Shown here: in pieces, positions 17,342-25,583 of the stretch
Numbering within the stretch: position 1 is the stretch's first letter
Layout: each line of letters begins with the position of its first letter
NCBI GenBank assembly: GCA_947474775.1
Contig: CANJKG010000001.1
Location: 1 to 43,028, forward strand
Reading direction: 5' to 3'
Length of the DNA: 43,028 bases
From: Caulobacteraceae bacterium
GTDB lineage: Bacteria > Pseudomonadota > Alphaproteobacteria > Caulobacterales > Caulobacteraceae
The notes under the pieces: model-generated
The model's database searches: none
Seen by the model: only the letters and a program-made list of their open reading frames with translations
What the model was told of the DNA's origin: nothing
Translations under genes and position numbers: made by a program

Positions 17342-19243
17342 CTAGACCCGCGCCGGTCGGGCGACGAGTCGTCCGACCAGTTCGTAGAAGTCGCGCGCGA
17401 AAGCTTCGGTCTGGCCCAGGGGCCCGCGCTTCAGGTCCGCGCGAAGGGTCTGGCGCAGGTCCAGGCGCCGCTGGCGGTCGCCAGCGAGGGTGCGGGCGAT
17501 CTCGACGAACTGCTCCGGGGTCGTGGCGCAGAGGTCGCCGAGACCGGCGTTGGACAGCAGGGAGTAGCTGAGACGCTCGAAGAACGCCTCGCCCACCAGG
17601 GTGACGACCGGAACGCCCATCCACAGCGCCTCCGCAGTGGTGGTCCCGCCGGTCAGCGGGAAGGTGTCCAGGCTGACGTCAACTTCGTTGTAGAGCGGCA
17701 TATGACGTCCACGGACCGCGTGCCAGACGAGGCGATCGGCGGAAACGCCTTCCGCCGCGAATTCCGCCGCGATGTGCCGGCGGCAGTGGGCCGAGGCGCC
17801 CTCCGGCCGGATGAAGGCGAAGCGGGCGTCGGGCGTGGCCCTGACGACCTTCGCCCAGGTGTGGAGCAACTCGCGGCTGTACTTGTGCAGGTTGTTGGCG
17901 GTCCCATAGGTTATGAAGCCGTTGCGGTCCTGCGGGAGGGTCGGGGCGATGGCATGGGAGTCGGAGAACACCCCGTCGCCCGGCGCCACCCAGGTTCGCG
18001 GCATGGCGGCCGGGGCCTCCAGGAGAAGGCGGCTGTCCGGCGGGAGCGAAAGTGGATCGCCGATGAAATAGTCGATGTCGGCAAGGCCCACGGAGTGGGG
18101 ATAGCCCAGCCAGCTCGCCTGCCGGGGCGCCGGGCGGAAGGCCAGCACCTCAGGCTTGTTCATCTCTGTCAGGCCGCCAAGTTCGATGAGCATGTCCAGC
18201 CCGTCGTCGGCGATGACCTGGGCGGCCTGACGAACCGGCGTATCGCGGAGCCAGCGGAACGTGGACGCCCGCTCGGCGAACGAGCGCTGCATGTCGTCCT
18301 CTTCGCCGGCGAAGAAGGAGTAGGCGAAGAGCTCGAAGCGGTCCCGGTCGAGGTGGTCGAACAGCGGGACCACGAAGTGGCCCACTGAGTGGCGGCGCAG
18401 GTCCGAGGACATCAGTCCGAGGCGGATCCTGCCCCCCTGCGGGCGCGGCGGCGAAGGGCGCAGCGGCGAGCGGCGGGCCCTGTCCTGCGCGGCCCGGCCC
18501 CAGATCCTGTGCTGCTCGAGAAGCTCCAGGCGATCCTGTGGCCCCCGCACCCGCGCCAGCTGCTTGAAGAGCGCGCCCTGAAGGCCGGCCTGGGCCCAGC
18601 CGCGCCCCAGTTCCTCGAAGGACCCCAGCGCCTCGAGTTCGTCGTAGGCGCAGACCCGGGTCAGGATGTTGCTGATGACCAGCTTGTGCGCGGCCTTCGT
18701 CACGCCCAGCGCCATGGCCTTGCCGCAGAGTTCGAAGGCTTCGTCGGTGTTCGCGCCCTCCTCGGCTCCATGGGTGCGCTCCAGGCTCTGAATGAGGGCC
18801 ATCAGGTGATCGAGGTGTTCGGGCTCGAGGTCGACGGCGCGGCGGAGATGATCGTTGGCCTGGGATCGGTCGCGCGTGGTCAGCACGTCGCCAAGGTGGA
18901 AGTGGACCCACGCCCGGTCAGGCCTGCGCCGGACCAGCTCGCGCAACCAGGCCTCGGTGCGCTTCAGGTCTCCGGACCACCTGAGGATCATCGCCTTGGC
19001 TTCCAGCAGGCCCTCGACATCCGGATTGGCGACGATGGCGTGGTCGAGGGCGGTGACGGCCTCTCCGGAGCGGTGAAGCTCGTGCAAGGTGCTGGCCAGC
19101 GCCACCCAGGCCGACGGAAAGTCGGGCTTCTGCGCCACGGCCTGGCGGAAGCAGGCGACGGCGGCCTCCCGCTGGCCCTGCCGCAGCAGCTCACGCCCCT
19201 GGTCGAAGGGGGTGATCATGGCGGGGTCCGGCGGCGGGGTCAT
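17342..19243 (-). CDS. TPR-containing GT41 (OGT/SPINDLY-like) protein glycosyltransferase, copy 2 with shorter TPR region
   Basis: RLGLMSSDLRRHSVG, QASWLGYPHSVG, YGTANNLHK, LDTFPLTGGTTTAEALWMGVPV. Colinear paralog of 6671-8962 lacking roughly 130 N-terminal residues. Confidence 0.88.
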   Translation of the reverse strand: MTPPPDPAMITPFDQGRELLRQGQREAAVACFRQAVAQKPDFPSAWVALASTLHELHRSGEAVTALDHAIVANPDVEGLLEAKAMILRWSGDLKRTEAWLRELVRRRPDRAWVHFHLGDVLTTRDRSQANDHLRRAVDLEPEHLDHLMALIQSLERTHGAEEGANTDEAFELCGKAMALGVTKAAHKLVISNILTRVCAYDELEALGSFEELGRGWAQAGLQGALFKQLARVRGPQDRLELLEQHRIWGRAAQDRARRSPLRPSPPRPQGGRIRLGLMSSDLRRHSVGHFVVPLFDHLDRDRFELFAYSFFAGEEDDMQRSFAERASTFRWLRDTPVRQAAQVIADDGLDMLIELGGLTEMNKPEVLAFRPAPRQASWLGYPHSVGLADIDYFIGDPLSLPPDSRLLLEAPAAMPRTWVAPGDGVFSDSHAIAPTLPQDRNGFITYGTANNLHKYSRELLHTWAKVVRATPDARFAFIRPEGASAHCRRHIAAEFAAEGVSADRLVWHAVRGRHMPLYNEVDVSLDTFPLTGGTTTAEALWMGVPVVTLVGEAFFERLSYSLLSNAGLGDLCATTPEQFVEIARTLAGDRQRRLDLRQTLRADLKRGPLGQTEAFARDFYELVGRLVARPARV

Positions 19244-19411
19244 GCATCAACCTTGTGTTCTGATCGCGGATCGGGCCGCAGGCCGTGCGCGCGGGTAGGG
19301 CGGCGGGCGGCGGGCCGGGTGGCGCGCCAAGGCCGCGCTAACTCAGACGTGATCGGGCGCCACTTCCGTCATCGTCAACCTTGCGCTAAGATTTTGCTTC
19401 AGCCTAGCTCT

Positions 19412-19478
19412 CCAAACATGGCTGTGTCGCTTTGGCCGGGTGGTGGACCGTGAGGTTAGCCGCCCGGCCTTTCGCGTT
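19412..19478 (+). ncRNA. Candidate small RNA or orphan terminator-like hairpin on the plus strand
   Basis: 16-bp stem at 19434-19469 with a GTGA (GNRA) loop and three G-U pairs, followed by TTTCGCGTT. A promoter-like TTGCGC-N18-TAGCTC lies at 19381-19410. Confidence 0.35.
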
Positions 19479-19503
19479 CTGGGGCTGCGTCTTCGACCGC
19501 AGA

Positions 19504-21156
19504 TCAGCCAGGCGGGACGAGGGTGACTATGCCGAACCGCGCGAGCCATAGGAGACCGCGGGCGGCCGGTCCCCGGCGGCCCTGCGGCAGGATATCGAGA
19601 AGCGCCGCGGTGGACATCAGGGGCTGGGCGGCCAGGCAGTCCAGCATCTGCTCGACCTCGGCCATTGACGGCACATTGAAGACGCCATCCCGGGCCAGGG
19701 GATTGGTCAGCAGGGCCTGGGCCTGCGGCCAGGTCATGCCGGGAACCAGCGCCACCGACCAGGCCTGTGTGACGTGGTGGGTCGGATAGGACGCGAACAG
19801 GGTGAACGGGTCAGGGCTGAACGGATGGATCGGGTCGGGCGCCGCCGGTGGTTCGGACAGGCGCCTGGCGTTCTGCTCCGCCCACAGGGCCTGGTACTGG
19901 GGAACGATCGCCGACCAGTCGAAGGCCGCCCGCGCGTGCGCCTTGGCCTGGGCGCCCAGCTTTCCCCGCAGCTCGGAATTGAGCACCAGGGCGGTGATGG
20001 CGTCGGCCGCCTCGGCGAGATCGATCGCCACGCATTGCGCCGCGGCGCCGACATAGTTCGTGTAGGAAAGCCGGTTGGTGGAGAACCAGTAGGATAGGTC
20101 GAGGCCATTTCCCGGCGCCGGGGCGTAGGTCGGGATCCGGAAGCCATCCTCCCCATGACGGACCGTGTCCTTGTAGCCGTCCCAGTCGCTGACGACGCAG
20201 GGCAAGCCTGCGGCCATCGCCTCCACCGGGGTGAGGCCGAAGGTCTCCTGGATGTTGTCGGAAAAGCTGATGAAGAAGTCGGCCACGGACCAGATGGAGA
20301 AGCGCGTCTCCGGAGGCCGGCCATCTACCGCGATGTAGCGGACCGACGGGCAGAGCGCCTTGGCGTTGTCGTGATAGGCCCGCTCCGCCTCGGGGGTCTC
20401 AGCCCAGCCTGAATTGACCCAGTAGATGGTCTGGCCGCTCGCCTTGGCGGACCGTTCCAGGGCCAGCGCCATCAGGGCCGGGTTCATCTTCTCCTTGACG
20501 TTGAAACGGCCAACATAGAGGGCGACCGGCGCTTCCGCCGGGATGCCCAGGCGCTCGCGCCAGGCCGCACGCTGTTCCGGCGAGGTGGCGAAATCGTCGA
20601 CATTGACGCCCAGCGGAATGGTCGCGCGTTGCGGCTCCGGCCGTTTGCGGGGCCCGTGGGCCTCGACCAGATAGGCCCTGATGCCGTCCAGTTGCGTCTC
20701 GACGCTCGCGCGGACGGCGCTGGAAGTGCAGATCAGGGCGTCGTAGGGCTCCGTGGGGCCGATCAGCAGCTCGCCCAGCAGGCGCATGACCAGTTCGGTG
20801 GCGGTGGTGTGGGTGATGGCGCAGATGCCGTAGGTGTGGGCGCCTACCAGTCTCCGGGCCCAGGCCTCGCGGGAAATCTCCGGACCTGGCAGGTTGACGA
20901 CGCCGGGCGCCGCCAGGGCGCGCCGATTGGTGGCCGGAATCCAGGTGGCCGGGCGCGGCGGCGGCTGGATCTGGTCCACCAGGGCCTGCAGTTGCGCCAC
21001 CGGGCGGTTCGCCGCGTTCCAGAAGTAGAAGCGGTCCACCTCGGCATGGCGCAGGAAGCCACGCAGGAAACTCTCACCCGCGGAATGGCGGCCCAGGAGG
21101 CGCGCCCCGCGCGTGTCGAAGCCGTTGGGATGAAGATATATGGCGGCGTTGGACAT
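19504..21156 (-). CDS. Glycosyltransferase family 4 (GT-B), 550 aa with C-terminal extension
   Basis: IPLGVN, LYVGRF, SDNIQETFGLTPVEAMAAGLPCVVSDWDGYKDTV (EX7E motif), FDWSAIVPQY. Confidence 0.92.
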   Translation of the reverse strand: MSNAAIYLHPNGFDTRGARLLGRHSAGESFLRGFLRHAEVDRFYFWNAANRPVAQLQALVDQIQPPPRPATWIPATNRRALAAPGVVNLPGPEISREAWARRLVGAHTYGICAITHTTATELVMRLLGELLIGPTEPYDALICTSSAVRASVETQLDGIRAYLVEAHGPRKRPEPQRATIPLGVNVDDFATSPEQRAAWRERLGIPAEAPVALYVGRFNVKEKMNPALMALALERSAKASGQTIYWVNSGWAETPEAERAYHDNAKALCPSVRYIAVDGRPPETRFSIWSVADFFISFSDNIQETFGLTPVEAMAAGLPCVVSDWDGYKDTVRHGEDGFRIPTYAPAPGNGLDLSYWFSTNRLSYTNYVGAAAQCVAIDLAEAADAITALVLNSELRGKLGAQAKAHARAAFDWSAIVPQYQALWAEQNARRLSEPPAAPDPIHPFSPDPFTLFASYPTHHVTQAWSVALVPGMTWPQAQALLTNPLARDGVFNVPSMAEVEQMLDCLAAQPLMSTAALLDILPQGRRGPAARGLLWLARFGIVTLVPPG

Positions 21157-21241
21157 GGGTGACCGGACCTAGCCTGCCGGACAGGGGCCGTCCAGCCGAG
21201 CGGCGACCATACGCTGGTCCGCGTCGGGCTGAATCACCGAT

Positions 21242-21937
21242 CTAGGACTTGGGGGCCAGGGCCAGCGCCCGCTCGCGGTACTCCGCCAGCCGTTTCGCCG
21301 CCGGCGGGCCGCCCTGCTCCACCAGGGTCCGGAAGCGCCCCACGGTGGTCCTCATGAACGCCACCACCTCCTCGCGGCTGGCGGGACGGCCCTCGCGAAA
21401 CCAGGCCACCTGGGTCGGCTGTCCGAGACTGAAGGTGGTCTTGCCCTCGCTGTTGGGGGCCTGGGTGAAGGTCGACGTGGCCCACACCACCGCCAGGCCG
21501 CCATTCTGGGGAAGCATGTTTCCGGGCGCCGTGAGCGTGACGCCCTCCAGCCCCTTGTGGTTCCGCCGCATGCGGGGCTGGGTCAGGAACGGGCACGCCT
21601 GGGCGGCGAAGCAGCCGCACGCCCAGTGCGAGGCCGGTTCGCTGGTGACCCGCGTGAAGGCCGACGTCGGTCCCATGACGAAGGCGCTGTCCCCACCCAT
21701 CGGCTCGCCGCAGATCCAGCACAGGCCGCCCGCGAGGGCAGGCTGCACCTTGCGCGGGTCGACCACGCGATGGTCCGGCTTGCCGTTCACCATGGCCACA
21801 AAATAGGGGATCGGAAATCCGCGCGCGTCGACCTTCAGCCGGCGGATGTTCTCCGGCGCATCTGGAAACCGCGACCTCCGTGCGCCGCCCTTCACGGGGC
21901 GAGCGGGCCGTGGGGATTTAGGACCGTGGGAATGCAT
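21242..21937 (-). CDS. Hypothetical Cys/His-rich, probably Zn-binding protein
   Basis: RGFPIPYFV, LCWICGEP, EPASHWAC, ACPFL; GC-rich third codon positions. Start is uncertain (21937 has an AGGGA RBS; 21955 is possible). Confidence 0.7.
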   Translation of the reverse strand: MHSHGPKSPRPARPVKGGARRSRFPDAPENIRRLKVDARGFPIPYFVAMVNGKPDHRVVDPRKVQPALAGGLCWICGEPMGGDSAFVMGPTSAFTRVTSEPASHWACGCFAAQACPFLTQPRMRRNHKGLEGVTLTAPGNMLPQNGGLAVVWATSTFTQAPNSEGKTTFSLGQPTQVAWFREGRPASREEVVAFMRTTVGRFRTLVEQGGPPAAKRLAEYRERALALAPKS

Positions 21938-22047
21938 GTCGTCCCTGGGGCTCATCGAAGGCGCCCACCTTAGCAAAGACGCCTGATCTTCGCCGAGGCG
22001 GAATTTGCGCGTTCGCTTAGAGGCGCTCCCGGCGGAAGTCAGCGCGC

Positions 22048-22079
22048 AAAGAAAAGGGGCCGCCCCGAAGGGCGGCCCC
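22048..22079 (-). terminator. Rho-independent terminator of the RTX gene
   Basis: GGGGCCGCCC-TTCG-GGGCGGCCCC followed by TTTTCTTT, 26 nt after the stop. Confidence 0.95.
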
Positions 22080-22105
22080 CAAGTCTTTCGTCCCTAAGCC
22101 GGAGC

Positions 22106-23992
22106 TTAGTTGACGAGGATGTTGCCGAAGCCGATGTCGGCGAGCGTGCGGCCCACGAGGACCACCGCGTCGTCGGCGGAGCCGTCGTCGTTGTTGCTGT
22201 CGGCGAAGACCACGACGTCGCTGGTGCCGTTGCTGTTGTTGATCTGCACAGCGACGAAGTTCACCGCCGTACCGCCGATGGCCGAGTCAGCCTGGATCTT
22301 GGCGTTGGCGTAGTCGAGCGCCGAAGCCTCCAGGTAGTTGGCCACGGTGCCGGCGCCAGCGCCCGCCGCGAAGTGGATGTTGTCTTCCACATCCCACAGC
22401 AGGATCTGGTCGAGCCGACCGGCGGTTACCGAGGAGTCACCCACGGCGGCGAAGAGGAACTGGTCCACCCCCGCGCTGCCGGTCATGACGTCGATACCAG
22501 CGCTGCCGTTCAAGGTGTCGTTGCCGTCGCCGCCGACCAACGTGTCGTTGCCGGCGTTGCCTTGCAGCAGATCGTTGCCGGCGCCGCCGTCGAGGCTGTC
22601 GTTGCCGTTGTCGCCCTGGGCGGTGTCGTTGCCGAGACCCAGAGTGATCACGTCATTGCCATCGCTCGCAGCCACGGTGTCGTTGCCGTCGCCGGCCGCG
22701 ATGACGTCGGACGCGGTGCCGCTGCTGATGCTGTCGTCGCCAGCCTCACCAGACAGGTTGTCGTTGCCGCTGCCGGTGGTGGTGATGACGTCGTTGCCGA
22801 TGCCGCCAAGGACGGTGTCGGCGCCGCTGGCGCTGGCGAAGCTGTCGTTGCCATCGCCCAGCAGAACGCTGTCGTTGTTGCTGCCCGCGCTGACGGTGTC
22901 GTCACCGATCCCGGCATTGACGGTGTTGTTGCCGTCCTGGGCGACGATGGTGTCGTTGCCATCTTCACCGAAGATGGAGGACCCGTCCGTGTTGGCGCTG
23001 CCCAGGATGGAGTCGTTGCCCAGGTTGCCGTTGAGGATGTCGACACCCGTGCTGCTACCGGCGTCGAGCGTATCGTTGCCCTGGCCGCCGAACAGCTGGT
23101 CGGTGCCGGTGCCCGTGGTGGTCACCGAGTCTTCACCCGCGTTGGCGTGGATGTAGTAGGCGCCGCCCGCTCCCGTGGTGACGGTGTCGTTGCCTTCGCC
23201 GCCGAGCAGCGAACCCGCGCCGGTGCCGACCAGGATGGTGTCGTCGCCGATACCGCCGTCGATGGTCAGGTTGCCGTTGTTGCCACCGGCCGCGAACGAG
23301 TCGTTGCCGCCCTCACCGAGGTAGAGGTCGTTGCTGGTGACGGTGCTGACGATCGTGTCGTTGCCGAGGTTGCCGTTGATGAAGTCGTTGCCGCCGGCGC
23401 CCGTGGCCGCCGTCAGCTGGTCGTTGCCCTGGCCGCCCAGCATGGTGTTGGCGGCGGTCGAGCTCGTCGCACTGATGCTGTCGTTGCCGAGGTTGCCCTG
23501 GCCGTAGTTCGAGCCGGTGTTCAGCTCGATGACGTCGTTGTCCTGGCCGCCGTAGGCCGTGTCGTTGCCGGCGTTGCCGTTCAGCGTGTCGTTGCCGGCG
23601 TTGCCTTGCAGCAGGTCGGTGCCGGCCCCGCCGCTCAGCAGGTCGACGCCGTTGCCGCCGTAGAGGCCGTCAGCCGTGGAGGCGTCCGTGCCCGTCGGGC
23701 CGGCCGTCGCCGCGTTGAAGGTGTCGTCGCCGGTGGAGCCGATCCACAGGGCGCTCGAGTCGGCGAAGGCCGTGCCCGATTCGGCGGTCATGTTAGCCCC
23801 GAAGGTGACGGCCGCGCCGGTCACGCCCGAGGTGATGACCACGGTTTCGGCCGAGGTCGCGGTCGGCGCGAGGAAGCGCACCGAGGTGCTCACGGCCCGG
23901 TCGGACGTGCCGCCGAACACGAGGCTGTCGTTGGTCGAGTTGTAGCTGGTCGCCTGTGACGGCGTGATCGTCTCAAAGAAAAAAGTCGCCAT
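22106..23992 (-). CDS. RTX (hemolysin-type Ca-binding repeat) type I-secreted protein; candidate surface/S-layer-like protein
   Basis: Dozens of GGxGNDxL-type nonapeptides, no signal peptide, acidic G/N/D/T/A/S composition (1 Lys, 4 Arg, 0 Cys), T1SS-like C-terminus ADDAVVLVGRTLADIGFGNILVN; adjacent to prtDE. Confidence 0.9.
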   Translation of the reverse strand: MATFFFETITPSQATSYNSTNDSLVFGGTSDRAVSTSVRFLAPTATSAETVVITSGVTGAAVTFGANMTAESGTAFADSSALWIGSTGDDTFNAATAGPTGTDASTADGLYGGNGVDLLSGGAGTDLLQGNAGNDTLNGNAGNDTAYGGQDNDVIELNTGSNYGQGNLGNDSISATSSTAANTMLGGQGNDQLTAATGAGGNDFINGNLGNDTIVSTVTSNDLYLGEGGNDSFAAGGNNGNLTIDGGIGDDTILVGTGAGSLLGGEGNDTVTTGAGGAYYIHANAGEDSVTTTGTGTDQLFGGQGNDTLDAGSSTGVDILNGNLGNDSILGSANTDGSSIFGEDGNDTIVAQDGNNTVNAGIGDDTVSAGSNNDSVLLGDGNDSFASASGADTVLGGIGNDVITTTGSGNDNLSGEAGDDSISSGTASDVIAAGDGNDTVAASDGNDVITLGLGNDTAQGDNGNDSLDGGAGNDLLQGNAGNDTLVGGDGNDTLNGSAGIDVMTGSAGVDQFLFAAVGDSSVTAGRLDQILLWDVEDNIHFAAGAGAGTVANYLEASALDYANAKIQADSAIGGTAVNFVAVQINNSNGTSDVVVFADSNNDDGSADDAVVLVGRTLADIGFGNILVN

Positions 23993-24156
23993 TAGATCTC
24001 TCTCCAGTCTGTGTCACACGGACCCTCAGAACGTCTGACCCCCATCCCCGATGGAGCAGTCCCGACGGTCCATTACCCCAAACGCCGAACCGAAGGGTGC
24101 GGCGAAGGTTAAACGAGCCCGAGGGAACACGTATCGGAAGGTGGCAAATTACGCAA
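23993..24156 (-). promoter_or_regulatory. Putative sigma70 promoter and about 130-nt structured 5' leader of the RTX gene
   Basis: TTGCGT(24156-24151)-N17-TACGTG(24133-24128). Leader stem GGACCGTCGGGAC/GTTCTGAGGGTCC with inner hairpins; GGAGAG RBS. Confidence 0.5.
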
Positions 24157-24209
24157 CAGCAAAAAGGCTTTCCGCCGAGGAGTGAATGCCCCGGCGGGTC
24201 CGCGGGAAG

Positions 24210-25583
24210 CTAGTGTTCGCGGAACGCGTCCTGCAAGGTTTCGGTGATCGGCAGGATCAAATAGCTCATCACCGTGCGCTTTCCGGTGACGATCAGAGCC
24301 TCGGCCGGCATGCCGGCGGTCAGCTTCACCCCCTCCTGAAGCTGGGTCAGGTCCTTGGGGTCGATCCGCAGGTCCACGCGGAAGGTGCTGGCGCCGGTGC
24401 GCTCGTTGGTAAGGCGATCCGCGGAGACCAGCACCACCTTGGCCGGAAGCGGACTGTTGAACCGTTGGTTGAGGCCCGACAGCGTCACCCGCGCATCCAT
24501 GCCCACGCGCACGTCATCGACGTCCTGGGGTCCGATCTGGGCGGTGACCAGCATCGGCGCGCCGGCCGGCACCACGTCCATCAGGAGTTCGCCCGGCTGG
24601 GTCACGCCGCCGATGGTGAACTGCGTAAGATCAAAGACATAGCCGTCCACGGGCGAGCGGACCACGGTGGCGGCCAGGGCCTGTTTCGCGGCCGTGAAGC
24701 GGGGGGCCACGTCGGCCAGCCGGCTCTGGCTGTCGCGCAGGCCCTCGGCCGCCTGGCTCTCCCGCTGGTCGCGGGTCGACGCCATCTGCATGCGGGTCTC
24801 GCCCATCTGCTGGCGCAGCCGCGCGATGTCGGCCTGGAGCGAGCCCTTGCGGCCGCCGAAGTCCGCCAGGGTGCGCTCGTAGCGCAGAATCAGGGTCTTC
24901 GGCGCGAAGCCCTTCTCATTGAGGATCCGGTAGCCGTTGAGCTCCTCCTCGGTGAGGCGCTGCTGCTCCTCGATCGCGGCCACCTGGGCCTGCTGGCCCT
25001 GGATCTGGGTCTCGATCTGGTCGAGCCGCTGGGAGAGCACCGACATCTGGCTCTGGAACAGCTGCAGCCGCGTCGTGAACAGGAACTGCTGGTCGCGGAC
25101 CAGGCCTGCGATGCGCGGATCGGACATCCGCGAGGTCAGCTCGGGCGGGAACGTCATCTGCGGGCGATTCGTCGCCTCGGCGGTGAAACGCGCGCTCTGG
25201 GCCAGCAGGCTGTCGTACTGGTTCTGATAGACGTCGTAAGCCGCCCGGACCTCCACGTCGTCGAACAGGATCAGCGGTTGGGCGGGCTTCACGCGCTGGC
25301 CTTCCTTGACCAGGATCTGCCGGATCACGCCGCCTTCGCGGTGGCGCAGGCTCTTGCGGTTGGACTCCACCCGCACCTCGGCCGGGGCGCGGATGCCGCT
25401 GGCCAGGGGGACCAGCGAGGCCCAGACGCCCAGGCCCAGGACCAGGACCCCGATCACGGCCGCCCCCAGGATCATCGGCCGGCGCATGCGCCGGCGCATG
25501 TCGTCGCCCATGGGGGCCTTGTCGTCGCCCCCGAAGACGGGGGTGACGTAGGTCGCGTGGCTGGGTCCCAGATCGAGCTTCAT
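24210..25583 (-). CDS. HlyD-family type I secretion membrane fusion protein (PrtE/RsaE-like)
   Basis: Single N-terminal TM, HREGGVIRQILVKEG, long coiled coil, VRSPVDG, GGVTQPGELLMDVVP, AGMPAE...TGKRTVMSYL, C-terminal AFREH. Confidence 0.95.
   Translation of the reverse strand: MKLDLGPSHATYVTPVFGGDDKAPMGDDMRRRMRRPMILGAAVIGVLVLGLGVWASLVPLASGIRAPAEVRVESNRKSLRHREGGVIRQILVKEGQRVKPAQPLILFDDVEVRAAYDVYQNQYDSLLAQSARFTAEATNRPQMTFPPELTSRMSDPRIAGLVRDQQFLFTTRLQLFQSQMSVLSQRLDQIETQIQGQQAQVAAIEEQQRLTEEELNGYRILNEKGFAPKTLILRYERTLADFGGRKGSLQADIARLRQQMGETRMQMASTRDQRESQAAEGLRDSQSRLADVAPRFTAAKQALAATVVRSPVDGYVFDLTQFTIGGVTQPGELLMDVVPAGAPMLVTAQIGPQDVDDVRVGMDARVTLSGLNQRFNSPLPAKVVLVSADRLTNERTGASTFRVDLRIDPKDLTQLQEGVKLTAGMPAEALIVTGKRTVMSYLILPITETLQDAFREH

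Noticed and set aside
22106-23992. Repetitive gtcgttgcc DNA suggesting CRISPR or tandem repeats
   Set aside because: It encodes GND RTX repeats; there is no fixed repeat-spacer structure and no cas genes.
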